A stretch of DNA of 36,385 nucleotides, taken from IMG/VR virus record IMGVR_UViG_2698536369_000022. One strand, given 5' to 3'. The notes below the pieces were generated by a model. That model was not told the origin of the DNA. It saw only the letters and a program-made list of their open reading frames with translations, and did not search any database. Made by a program: the position numbers and the translations under genes. The DNA comes from a virus. Lineage: Duplodnaviria; Heunggongvirae; Uroviricota; Caudoviricetes. This document shows positions 1 to 8,598 of the stretch, piece after piece (within the stretch, counting starts at the first letter, position 1; each line of letters opens with the position of its first letter).

Positions 1-381
1 TTATGAGTTCTGGAATTCTTCTGCCCGTCTTTCCAGCTCAGCCATGAAAGAAGTTTTGGCTTTTTCGTGAGCATCTGGGGCCATGATGCTGATGATTTGT
101 ATATTGTCATAATCCATCCAGTGCCTTGTATAAACCAGATAGATATTTGAAGTTCTGTCTATTTGGGCTTTGCTTTTCTTCCATGGTGGTTCTGACGGTA
201 GTCTTATGTGTAATTTATATACAAACGAACCACATAATCTTGCGTTATCTTCCCACTGCCCTTCATTGCCGAATCTGTCAGGGAGAACACCGGTATTTAA
301 CCAGTTTTCCAGAGCCTTTCCGTAAACTTTTGCAATGTCCTGGTATTCAACATCTTTATGAATGCTTACTTTGCTTGCCAT
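1..381 (-). CDS. YafO-like type II toxin (RelE-fold mRNA interferase family), 126 aa
   Basis: Motifs GVLPDRFG, KLHIRL and ..IYLVYTRHW..IISIMAPDAHEK..AELERRAEEF resemble E. coli YafO as I recall it (GVLPDIFG, HIHL, AHLVYCQ..LIAILKPEPHK..MAEAF). Start ATG overlaps the stop of the upstream gene (TGATG). Confidence 0.5.
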   Translation of the reverse strand: MASKVSIHKDVEYQDIAKVYGKALENWLNTGVLPDRFGNEGQWEDNARLCGSFVYKLHIRLPSEPPWKKSKAQIDRTSNIYLVYTRHWMDYDNIQIISIMAPDAHEKAKTSFMAELERRAEEFQNS

Positions 382-1019
382 CAGGAAAACTCCGGTGCCG
401 GGAGTCCCATGTTTTTATGCTCGGCAATAATCATTGCTTTCACATTTCCGTCAGACAGCGTATTGCCTAGGCTGGTCGTTTTGTCTGGTGCGGTGCTTCG
501 TTTGATGGCGTTGATGGCATCACGAGCGATAAACTCTCCCTGCGCAATTGCCCGACCAAAACGAACCAGTTTATTGCGATAGGCGATTCTTTGCTCCATG
601 CTATCCGGATACATTTTTGCCAGGTTATCCGGATCCATTACAATTTTGACAGCCTCTTTAACACGGGTGTGCTGCTTAAGTGACTCTTCGCATATTTTTA
701 TGATTTTTGCGGTTTTGTCAGCAAACAGAGCTCCCTTGCCTCTGTTCTGTCGTTCTTCAATGACTGCATTGAGCGCGGCACGCATGTTGTCATTCAGCCC
801 GTTGATATATTCAATAGCTTCTTCAAGAGGCAGAAACACCTGACCATCATGATGCTCAAATGTAAGCATTGAAACCACTCTGGCGTGTGTCACGGATTCA
901 ATAACTGTTGTTGGTAGTATCGTGCTTTTAGCTGGCACCGGAGCCAGTGATGCTGTCAGAGCTGTAGCAATAGCAGCAATGGCAGCAGACTTTGATTTTT
1001 GTTTCATAATGCACTCCAC
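381..1019 (-). CDS. Hypothetical 212-aa protein with signal-peptide-like N-terminus, translationally coupled to the YafO-like gene
   Basis: N-terminus MKQKSKSAAIAAIATALTASLAPVPA-KS has a basic n-region, Ala-rich h-region and AxA-like cleavage motif. Not similar to YafN/Phd antitoxins from memory. Stop overlaps the downstream start by 1 nt. Confidence 0.6.
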   Translation of the reverse strand: MECIMKQKSKSAAIAAIATALTASLAPVPAKSTILPTTVIESVTHARVVSMLTFEHHDGQVFLPLEEAIEYINGLNDNMRAALNAVIEERQNRGKGALFADKTAKIIKICEESLKQHTRVKEAVKIVMDPDNLAKMYPDSMEQRIAYRNKLVRFGRAIAQGEFIARDAINAIKRSTAPDKTTSLGNTLSDGNVKAMIIAEHKNMGLPAPEFS

Positions 1020-1405
1020 AGGTTGATGTGTTCAGCATATCGCAAATAGCAGCTTGTATAAAGAAACGCCACATCAGCAGTGATCGTTTTACGCGCTTTT
1101 CTTCTTGGATTTGCTGGTCGGTTTTTCTGCGCCAGCTTCCGTCAGTCGTGACATGCTGAAACACTTCTGCACGCTGTTGTTGCAATTGTTCGCCGGGCTT
1201 TACATCAGGCAGGTTATGACCGATGGGTAAGATTTGCCTGATAACAGGCTTATCCGGGCGTCCTTCAATGTTGGATATTTCCACGATGGTGCCTGCTGGC
1301 GGGTAGGCAAAACATCCCGCCTCACTGCCAGCTATGGGGCGGGGGAGTGGTACTGCCGGGTAAATGGGTGTATCGCTTTTTTTGTTACTCCGGCAATTCT
1401 GTCTG

Positions 1406-1666
1406 TTAATTCTGAGGTAAAGGCAAACTCATCTGATTGTTTCCCCTGTGTGAAGCTGGCAGATCATGCCACGGGATACCTTCTGAAGAGTGAACGCCGG
1501 AGGCGTGTTTTGATGTGAATTTATGGAAAGCTTCCAGTGTTGAGAAGCATACGCCGCATTCCAGATTGTTACACTGGTAATACTTTTGCCGCACGGTGTT
1601 TGAATCATTTTCCGGACGACTGGTGCGGATACGGGCAGATGCGCCACAAAGCGGACAACGGAACAT
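1406..1666 (-). CDS. ogr: Ogr/Delta-family zinc-finger late gene activator
   Basis: MFRCPLCGASARIRTSR...YYQCNNLECGVCF matches P2 Ogr (MFHCPLCQHAAHARTSR...YHQCQNVNC) with a Cys4 finger; small protein next to gene D as in P2. Confidence 0.85.
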   Translation of the reverse strand: MFRCPLCGASARIRTSRPENDSNTVRQKYYQCNNLECGVCFSTLEAFHKFTSKHASGVHSSEGIPWHDLPASHRGNNQMSLPLPQN

Positions 1667-1708
1667 AGAGACCTCCCTTAACGTGGTGCTGCCGCTATTC
1701 TAATTTGC

Positions 1709-2818
1709 TCACTCTGTTTCCGCTATCCATTCCGGGATTTTTGCCTCAAGCTCAAGCTGCGTGGTAAAGCCGCTGTTATCAATGGTGTGCTCGGCTTTTG
1801 CAATGATCCAGTCCTGATTATCAATCTCGCTTTTAAATCCTGTTACTGTGCCATGCATTTCGGGGTAGAGTTCTGCACGTCCACGCGCCAGCGTGATGGA
1901 GAATGATGCGGCTCCGCGTTGTAGTTGCTGCCACTTTGCCGCCGCTGCGCGTCTTGCTGCCTGCTCGTTCTGATAAGTCTTGCGTAACACAAACACATTG
2001 CCTTCCGCGCCTTCCATATAATCACCTTCACGGCTGCTGCTTTTCTCCTTTTTGGGTTTTGGCGGTTTGCGGCGTTTCACGCTGACTTTTTTCTTTTTCC
2101 CGTAATTAAGATCAAGCCAGTAAGCGCGTACCCCCGTATACGCTTCGCGGTCAGCAATGCGGAACTGATGGCGATCGCCACTGCTGCGCGTGATGGCGAA
2201 CGATGGCAACGGCTGGCCCTGTGCGTTCACGCCACCGCCAGGCATAATGAATAACAGATTACCGCTTTTTACCGTGGTGATTGCGCCCAGCATTTCCGCC
2301 ATGCGCGTAAGAAAGGACATGTCGCTTTCTTCGGTCTGGTCGGCGTGGTCGATTTCGATATCCATCAGCATTTCGCTGATTTGCGGTTTCAGACCATACC
2401 GATGAGCGATGGCGGATACCACACGCTCAACGGTCACATCATGCCAGGACACCTCACGTTTAACGTTAAATTCATCCCGAAAATCTGCGCTTCTGGCTGA
2501 AACAGTCAGCCTGTCCGGCGGTCCTTCGTGAGCGATTTCATCAACAATGTAAGTGCCTTTTTCTGTCAGCGGTTCCCCTTTCCAGCCAATGAGAACCGTC
2601 AGACGCGCGCCCCGTGGCGGTAGCTGCAACTGGCCATCGGCATCATCCAGCGTGATGGTGAGCTGGTCCGCTTCAAATCCCCGGTTGTCGGTCAGTGACA
2701 GGCTCATCAGGCGTTCTGCCACGCCGGACAGCGTTTTACCCTCGGCGAGAATATCAAAATCCGGCATTTTCACGGGGTCTGTGCCCTGACTGAGCAATTG
2801 CATGGTGGTGTCGGTCAT
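1709..2818 (-). CDS. D: Tail protein D (late control gene D family, tail hub)
   Basis: About 370 aa with gpD-family features; track ORF 1709..2950 has an implausible Pro/Arg-rich leader, so the internal Met (MTDTTMQLL..) at 2818 is the likely start. Confidence 0.8.
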   Translation of the reverse strand: MTDTTMQLLSQGTDPVKMPDFDILAEGKTLSGVAERLMSLSLTDNRGFEADQLTITLDDADGQLQLPPRGARLTVLIGWKGEPLTEKGTYIVDEIAHEGPPDRLTVSARSADFRDEFNVKREVSWHDVTVERVVSAIAHRYGLKPQISEMLMDIEIDHADQTEESDMSFLTRMAEMLGAITTVKSGNLLFIMPGGGVNAQGQPLPSFAITRSSGDRHQFRIADREAYTGVRAYWLDLNYGKKKKVSVKRRKPPKPKKEKSSSREGDYMEGAEGNVFVLRKTYQNEQAARRAAAAKWQQLQRGAASFSITLARGRAELYPEMHGTVTGFKSEIDNQDWIIAKAEHTIDNSGFTTQLELEAKIPEWIAETE

Positions 2819-2975
2819 CTGCTCCCTCCCTGTGTGGCATGGTCGCATGTGCGTGCGGAGGGGGTTACTGCTTTTTGTTGTCGCCGTGGCGGGAGAACGG
2901 CGCAGGGGTGAGATTACGCGCGTGGTGGGTGATGATTGTTGCCGAATCATTTAACGGATACAAGGGGCTGAAGCT
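2819..2975. promoter_or_regulatory. Divergent intergenic region between D and FI; candidate late promoter(s)
   Basis: 157-bp gap between divergently oriented D and FI starts; AAGGGG RBS before the FI ATG. No Ogr TGT-N12-ACA box could be matched confidently. Confidence 0.3.
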
Positions 2976-4160
2976 ATGAGTGAAACTCGTTTTCATGGTG
3001 CCCGTGTTACGGAAAATACCGACCTGGTAACAGCGATTAACGATGTTGATTCCAGCGTTATCGGTATCGTGGCAACGGCGGATGATGCGGACGCGAAGTT
3101 GTTCCCGCTGAACAAGCCCACACTGCTGACCCGCGTCAATGACGTGCTGGGAAAATGCGGAACAACGGGGACGCTTTATCGTGCGCTTAAGGCCATCGCA
3201 GACCAGGTGAGCACAAAGGTGATCGTCGTTCGCGTGGCTGAACACAAAGAAGAAGACGAAAAGACGCAGGATCAACTGGTTATCGGTGGTTCTGAGGATG
3301 ACGGCAGCTATACGGGGATGTATGCGCTGCTTGTTGCAGAGCAGGATGAAAGCATCGGATACCGTCCGCGTATTCTGGCCGCGCCGGAGCTGGACACGGA
3401 GGCGGTGACAAAATCCCTGTGCGTGATTGCGGGTAAACTGCGCGCATTTGTGTATGCCTCATGTCACGGCTGTAACACGATGGCTGAAGCGATTACCTAC
3501 CGCCAGAAATTCAACGAACGTGAAGTGATGCTCTTGTGGCCGGACTTCATCGCCTACAACCCGAAAAGTGGCGAAAACGAAACGTTCCCCGCGCCTGCCT
3601 ATGCGTGCGGCCTTCGTGCGTACATTGACCATGAGCAGGGCTGGCACAAATCGCTGTCCAACGTTCCGGTTAAAAATGTGCTGGGGATGTCCAGGCATGT
3701 GTTCTGGTCGTTACAGGCCGAAGACAGCGATGCCAACAGCCTCAACAACAAAGAAATCACGACCATTATTCGTCGCAACGGGTTCCGCTTCTGGGGCAAC
3801 CGCACACCGGAAACGAACGCCTACATCTTTGAGGTGTATACCCGAACCGCACAGGTGCTGGCTGATTCAATTGCGGAAGCGCAGTTTGAAACCATCGACA
3901 GTCCACTGACGCCTGCGAACGTGAAGGATGTTATCAGTGCCATCAGGGCAAAACTGGATTCACTGGTTACTGCCGGGAAACTGATTGGCGCGGAGTGCTG
4001 GTATGACGTGGTGGATAACAGCACCACGGATTTACGTCAGGGGCGTGTGCGTATTCGCTACAAATATACGCCCGTTCCGCCACTGGAAGACATGGAGCTT
4101 TACCAGACGTTTACTGATGAATACTTTGAACCCGCATTTGCGGTGCTGGGAGGTGCCTGA
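2976..4160 (+). CDS. FI: Contractile tail sheath protein FI
   Basis: 394 aa; motifs AIADQ, KLRAF.Y, DQEQGWHK.LSNV, RRNGFRFWGNRT, YTRTAQV, YTPVPPLE match P2 FI from memory. Confidence 0.9.
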   Translation: MSETRFHGARVTENTDLVTAINDVDSSVIGIVATADDADAKLFPLNKPTLLTRVNDVLGKCGTTGTLYRALKAIADQVSTKVIVVRVAEHKEEDEKTQDQLVIGGSEDDGSYTGMYALLVAEQDESIGYRPRILAAPELDTEAVTKSLCVIAGKLRAFVYASCHGCNTMAEAITYRQKFNEREVMLLWPDFIAYNPKSGENETFPAPAYACGLRAYIDHEQGWHKSLSNVPVKNVLGMSRHVFWSLQAEDSDANSLNNKEITTIIRRNGFRFWGNRTPETNAYIFEVYTRTAQVLADSIAEAQFETIDSPLTPANVKDVISAIRAKLDSLVTAGKLIGAECWYDVVDNSTTDLRQGRVRIRYKYTPVPPLEDMELYQTFTDEYFEPAFAVLGGA

Positions 4161-4672
4161 TGGCTGTGCCAAAACATCTTCGCTTTTTTACGCTGTTTGT
4201 GGATGGTGAAAACGAAGTGGGTAAGGTGACGTCCGTCACTTTGCCTAAGCTGACGCGCAAAACCGACAGCTACCGGGGTGGTGGCATGATGGGGGCGGTA
4301 AGTATTGATCTCGGTCTGGACGACTCCGCGCTTGATGCGAGCTTTGTCATGGGGGGCGCAGTTCGTGAGCTGTTCCTTAAGTATGGCGGCACGATTGACG
4401 GCACGCTGCTGCGTTTTGCGGGTGAATACTACACCGATGCAGAAAGCGACCTGTATGAAGTCGAAATGCGCGGACGTGTGACGGAAATTGATATGGGGGA
4501 AGCCAAACAGGGCGAAGCCACAGCACACACTTACGCCATCAAAAACACCTACTACAAGCTGAGTGTTAACGATCGCCCGTTGTGGGAGATTGACCTGCTG
4601 AACTTCATTTACCGGAAGGACGGCAAGGACATTGTGCCTGACCGTATCCGTTCCGCGCTCGGGCTTGGCTGA
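4160..4672 (+). CDS. FII: Tail tube protein FII
   Basis: 170 aa directly after the sheath gene (start overlaps FI stop), typical sheath-tube pairing; sequence character consistent with P2 FII. Confidence 0.85.
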   Translation: MAVPKHLRFFTLFVDGENEVGKVTSVTLPKLTRKTDSYRGGGMMGAVSIDLGLDDSALDASFVMGGAVRELFLKYGGTIDGTLLRFAGEYYTDAESDLYEVEMRGRVTEIDMGEAKQGEATAHTYAIKNTYYKLSVNDRPLWEIDLLNFIYRKDGKDIVPDRIRSALGLG

Positions 4673-4727
4673 TAAGTAATATGCAGGCGGCGCAGTGCGT
4701 CGCCTCTGACTGAAAAGGAGAAAACTG

Positions 4728-5102
4728 ATGAAAGACATCGATACTGAAACCCGGAATAACACCGTGGCGGATGATGTGACGGCAGGTGAGGATATGGCTG
4801 TCGAACGTGGCGTAAAACTGACCCGACCAATTGAGCGTGGTGGCGAAAAAATCACGTATGTGGAGATCACCGGGGCTATTGAACAGGCTGGATCCCTGCG
4901 TGGTCTGTCGCTGTCTGATGTGCTGAATCTGAAAGCGGATACCATGTTCACGCTGTTGCCTCGCGTGACCTCGCCACGACTGGATGAAGTGATGATTAAA
5001 AAAATGTCGTCACGCGATTTTATTCAGTTGTGCGCTGTGGCTGTAAATTTTATGAGCGAGCCAGACTCTGGCGCGAAGAGCGTGCAGGAGACGGCAGCGT
5101 AA
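4728..5102 (+). CDS. E: Tail assembly chaperone E
   Basis: Small ORF between tube and tape measure genes with an overlapping -1 frame ORF, the conserved P2 E/E' arrangement. Confidence 0.75.
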   Translation: MKDIDTETRNNTVADDVTAGEDMAVERGVKLTRPIERGGEKITYVEITGAIEQAGSLRGLSLSDVLNLKADTMFTLLPRVTSPRLDEVMIKKMSSRDFIQLCAVAVNFMSEPDSGAKSVQETAA

Positions 5103-5266
5103 TCACCCTGGTGTGCTTTGAGCGCATCGAAGATCTGGTGGCAGATATCGCCGCCATTTTTAACTGGTCGCCCGCCGAAATCTTCATGATGACGCCCGGC
5201 GAAGTGGTTAGCTGGCGTGAGCGGGCGGCACTTCGCAGCGGGAATGCAGATAATGAAGACTCTTGA
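4728..5266 (+). CDS. E+E' fusion made by programmed -1 ribosomal frameshift (join about 4728..5003 with 5003..5266)
   Basis: ORF 5030..5266 is in the -1 frame relative to E and opens right after a TAA at 4997-4999; a run of seven A (4998-5004, codons AAA AAA of E) is the only obvious slippery site before the E stop; E' ends ..IFNWSPAEIFMMTPGEVVSW.. overlapping the start of T. Confidence 0.6.
4997..5004 (+). promoter_or_regulatory. Candidate -1 frameshift slippery site (T AAA AAA A)
   Basis: Poly-A heptamer in frame with E Lys91-Lys92, directly after the -1-frame stop codon. Confidence 0.45.
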
Positions 5267-8060
5267 CATCCGGGTCGCTTTCAGCGCCGTTGACAGGCTG
5301 ACCCGGCCTGCCGAAAACGCCCGCCGCCTGATGGGGCAGTTTGGTGACTCCATCCAGCGAACGCAGGGGGCGATCAAAAATCTCGAGCGTCAGGCGCGAT
5401 CATTTGAGCGCGCCCGCGACGCTGTCAGTAAAGCGGATGCTGGCATCGTGAAAGCACGACGCCAGCTTAACGCCCTTAATCAGTTACAACGCACGGGTAC
5501 AGTGCTCAGCGAAAAACAACAAAAGCTGATGCAGCAGTTAAGCACCCGGCTTGAACGCCTGAATGAATCGCGCACACGGGAAATTCAGAAAATGCGGGAA
5601 CTTGGCGGAGAGCTGAAACGCCACGGCATTTCCCTGACAGGCAGCGATAACACCATCCAGCAGGCCATCAGACGCACCGAACAGTACAACAACCAACTTG
5701 AACGCGAACGGCAGGCGCTTGCGCGTGTAACGCGGGCGCGTGAGCGGTATTCGCGCGCGCAGGAAACCGCGGGAAAACTGAAAACAGGTGGTGCGCTGGC
5801 AATTGGTGCTGCAGCGGCTGGCGGCTATGCTGCCGGGCGTTTTTTGCAGCCTGCGATCGGGTTCGGCAAAGAGATGTCCCGCGTTCAGGCACTGACGCGA
5901 ATCGACAAAAACAGCCCGCAGTTTAAGGCGCTGCGTGAGCAGGCGTTAAAACTTGGTTCTGAAACACAGTTTACTGCGAGTGATGCCGCCAGTGGGCAGA
6001 GCTTTCTGGCAATGGCTGGTTTTACTCCGCAGGCCATTCAGGCCGCATTGCCCGGTGTTCTTAATATGGCGCTGGCAGGTGGCGTCGAACTCGGCGAGAC
6101 GGCGGATATAGGCTCCAATATCCTCACACAGTTCAACCTGACAGCCGATCAAATGGACCGGGTTGGCGATACGCTGACAGCGGCATTCACCCGGACCAAT
6201 ACTGATTTACGCGCGCTGGGCGAAACCATGAAGTATACCGGTCCGGTTGCCGCAAAACTTGGTATCAGTCTTGAAGAAGCGGCAGCCATGGCCGGGATGC
6301 TTGCCAATAATGGTCTTCGTGGAAGCGATGCTGGTACGGCCATGCGCGCAAGTCTGTCCCGCCTTGCATCACCGCCAAAAGCTGCGGCTGATGCGCTGAA
6401 AGAGCTGGGGGTGTCAGTTGCTGACGCCAGAGGCAAAATGCGCCCGATGGAGGATGTGCTGCTTGATCTCTATAAGGCGACACAAAAATACGGACAGGTG
6501 GACCAGGTCTCCTTCTTCAAGGGCATCGCCGGAGAAGAGGCGTTCGTTGGTTTGCAGACGCTTGTTGCGGCGGCTGGTTCAGGAGAGCTGCAAAAACTGA
6601 CCAGAGAATTGCAGGGGGCAAGGGGAGAGGCCGATCGCGTTGCAAAAGTAATGGCCGATAATCTTGATGGGGACCTGAAAAGTCTCGACAGCGCATGGGA
6701 AGGTCTTCGTATTCGCATCAGTGATCTGGTTGACGGTCCGCTGCGTTCTGTCACGCAGTGGCTCACGCGGGTGCTTGAAAAAATCACCTCGCTGGCGCAG
6801 GCCCATCCGGTACTGACGCGCCAGCTACTGATAGCAGGCGGTGCGTTGCTGGCAATGACTGCAACGGTTGGCTCGTTGTCGCTGGCTATTGGTGTGCTTG
6901 CTGGCCCGCTGGCAAAACTGCGTCTTGGCTTTTCCCTCCTGACCGGTTCAATGAATGCTGTCAGACTCCTGCCAGCACTATGGGGAATGGTGACGGGTTC
7001 CGTTTCGTTACTGGGGGGCGCTATCGGGGCGTTGTTCAGTCCGGTCGGTCTTATCGTGGCTGCGCTTGCCGGAGCTGCCGTTCTCATCTGGAAATACTGG
7101 GATCCCATCAGGGCATTTTTTGCCGGGGTGTTCAGCGGGATTATGGAAAGGCTGACCCCGTTGCGCGAAACCTTTGAACGGTTTGGTCCTGTTTTTGACG
7201 CAATCGGAAGCGGGATCAGCCAGGTGTTTAACTGGTTTAAATCGCTGTTGTCACCGATGGAGTCCAGCAAGGAAACGCTGGATAAATGTACCAGTGCTGG
7301 CGAGATATTCGGTAACGTTCTTGGCGGTGCGTTACAACTTGTTCTGACACCTGCAAAAATGCTACTGGATACGCTGGCGTGGATACTTGAAAAACTTGGC
7401 GTCCTTCCGGATGAAGCGGAAAGGGCGCGCAAGAAAATCGAAGACGCACAGCGTGCGGCCATTCTTCAGGACAAGGTTGCTCTGTTTCAGGGAGACATTG
7501 CGAAAATCAATCCGCCGAAGCCTGTGGAAAATGGCAATGGCACCGGAGGTGATAAACCCAAAGACAACAAACCGCTCACAGACAGCAATACCGGGACGCT
7601 ACGCAGACTCAGCAAAATTGCTGATAACACAGGTAAGCTGGTTGATGAGACGAAAAAACGCATTGGCCCCGGCGATATTGTCTTTAAGAACCTGCCCCGC
7701 GCACTTGCTGTTCGTGGGGAGTGGCAGGAGCGGAAGATTGCACAGGTCAGTAAGCCTGCCCCCGCAATTAATATCACACCCGTGGTCCCGGCTCCGCTGC
7801 CTCCGGCGCTGATCCCTGTTGTTGCGGCCAGCTCCCGCCCGGTGGCGGAGGCCATACGATCTCAAGTGGCATCAGTTCCTGTAACTTCCCGTAACCGGGA
7901 GCCTGTTGCCTCCGGATTTGGTGGTGAAATTCATGTTCATCTGCATAACGTTGTTACGCAGAACCCCCGCGAACTGGCGAAACTGGTCGGTGAAATGGTC
8001 AGGGCAGAAATGGAACGGCGCGCCCGTGCCGGGCGTGGCAGTTTTTACGATAAAGATTGA
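5217..8060 (+). CDS. T: Tail tape measure protein T
   Basis: 947 aa, long coiled-coil-rich N-terminal half, Gly/Ala-rich hydrophobic segment, position after E/E'; start may be an internal Met (MKTLDIRVAF..). Confidence 0.85.
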   Translation: MSGRHFAAGMQIMKTLDIRVAFSAVDRLTRPAENARRLMGQFGDSIQRTQGAIKNLERQARSFERARDAVSKADAGIVKARRQLNALNQLQRTGTVLSEKQQKLMQQLSTRLERLNESRTREIQKMRELGGELKRHGISLTGSDNTIQQAIRRTEQYNNQLERERQALARVTRARERYSRAQETAGKLKTGGALAIGAAAAGGYAAGRFLQPAIGFGKEMSRVQALTRIDKNSPQFKALREQALKLGSETQFTASDAASGQSFLAMAGFTPQAIQAALPGVLNMALAGGVELGETADIGSNILTQFNLTADQMDRVGDTLTAAFTRTNTDLRALGETMKYTGPVAAKLGISLEEAAAMAGMLANNGLRGSDAGTAMRASLSRLASPPKAAADALKELGVSVADARGKMRPMEDVLLDLYKATQKYGQVDQVSFFKGIAGEEAFVGLQTLVAAAGSGELQKLTRELQGARGEADRVAKVMADNLDGDLKSLDSAWEGLRIRISDLVDGPLRSVTQWLTRVLEKITSLAQAHPVLTRQLLIAGGALLAMTATVGSLSLAIGVLAGPLAKLRLGFSLLTGSMNAVRLLPALWGMVTGSVSLLGGAIGALFSPVGLIVAALAGAAVLIWKYWDPIRAFFAGVFSGIMERLTPLRETFERFGPVFDAIGSGISQVFNWFKSLLSPMESSKETLDKCTSAGEIFGNVLGGALQLVLTPAKMLLDTLAWILEKLGVLPDEAERARKKIEDAQRAAILQDKVALFQGDIAKINPPKPVENGNGTGGDKPKDNKPLTDSNTGTLRRLSKIADNTGKLVDETKKRIGPGDIVFKNLPRALAVRGEWQERKIAQVSKPAPAINITPVVPAPLPPALIPVVAASSRPVAEAIRSQVASVPVTSRNREPVASGFGGEIHVHLHNVVTQNPRELAKLVGEMVRAEMERRARAGRGSFYDKD

Positions 8061-8066
8061 GGAGTC

Positions 8067-8561
8067 ATGGCCATGATGATGATCTACGGCATGTTTGTTT
8101 TTGAGCTGCGCACGTTGCCGCATCAGCAGTTACAGCAAAACAAAAGCTGGCGGCATGTGAAAAATGAACGCGTTAACCGTTCAGCAAGCTGGCAGTATAT
8201 CGGGGCAGGCGATGATCGCATCGTTCTTTCTGGTGTGCTTTATCCTGAAATTACAGGTGGCGAAGTGTCGCTTTCGTTGCTGACCACGCAGGCATATACA
8301 GGACGCCCCTGGCCTCTGATTGATGGTGTCGGGCAGATTTACGGCATGTATGTCCTGACCGGAACGAATACGACCCGCTCCGAGTTTGATCGCTACGGTA
8401 AGGCGAAAAAGATAGAATTTTCACTGACCCTTGAACGCTGTGATGAGGATTTGCGGGAGCGCCTGCAATCCTCATCGTTCAGTGATATGCTGCCCGGCTT
8501 CAAAGATAAGGTCACATCATCCCTTAACAGCGCGGCCAGCTCCGTTAAAGGGCTGTTTTGA
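8067..8561 (+). CDS. U: Tail protein U
   Basis: MAMMMIYGMFVFELRTLPHQQ...GRPWPLIDGVGQIYGMYV..SEFDRYGKAKKIEFSLTL matches P2 gpU (MMLALGMFVF...GRAWPLLDGTGMIYGMYV..SEFDRLGKPRTIDFTLTL). Confidence 0.85.
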   Translation: MAMMMIYGMFVFELRTLPHQQLQQNKSWRHVKNERVNRSASWQYIGAGDDRIVLSGVLYPEITGGEVSLSLLTTQAYTGRPWPLIDGVGQIYGMYVLTGTNTTRSEFDRYGKAKKIEFSLTLERCDEDLRERLQSSSFSDMLPGFKDKVTSSLNSAASSVKGLF

Positions 8562-8568
8562 TTAACGC

Positions 8569-8598
8569 AAAACCGCTAATGGTCAGATTAGCGGTTTT
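8569..8598. terminator. Hairpin shared by convergent U and invertase genes
   Basis: Perfect 12-bp stem AAAACCGCTAAT / ATTAGCGGTTTT with 6-nt loop, followed by CATTTTCC on the plus strand; overlaps the invertase stop codon. Confidence 0.55.

Noticed and set aside
928-1284. 118-aa minus-strand ORF overlapping the start of the 212-aa gene
   Set aside because: Its C-terminal part is the alternative frame of the Ala-rich signal-peptide region and reads as Cys-rich junk (..KVCCHCCYCY..); treated as intergenic.
1709-2950. Long N-terminal extensions in track ORFs for D, I, O, lysB, holin, A, C and int
   Set aside because: The extensions are Arg/Pro/Gly-rich or overlap upstream genes; internal starts with RBS or homology-consistent N-termini were preferred.
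2819-2975. hix-like recombination sites at the boundaries of the inverted FI-U block
   Set aside because: Neither junction contains a TTCTCCCAAACC-type half-site; the U/invertase junction palindrome is better explained as a terminator hairpin.
4100-4951. 283-aa minus-strand ORF spanning FII and E
   Set aside because: Antisense to two well-supported tail genes; low-complexity translation.
6470-7462. 330-aa minus-strand ORF inside the tape measure gene
   Set aside because: Antisense shadow ORF of the GC-rich T gene; Ser/Ala/Pro/Arg-rich low-complexity translation with no start context.
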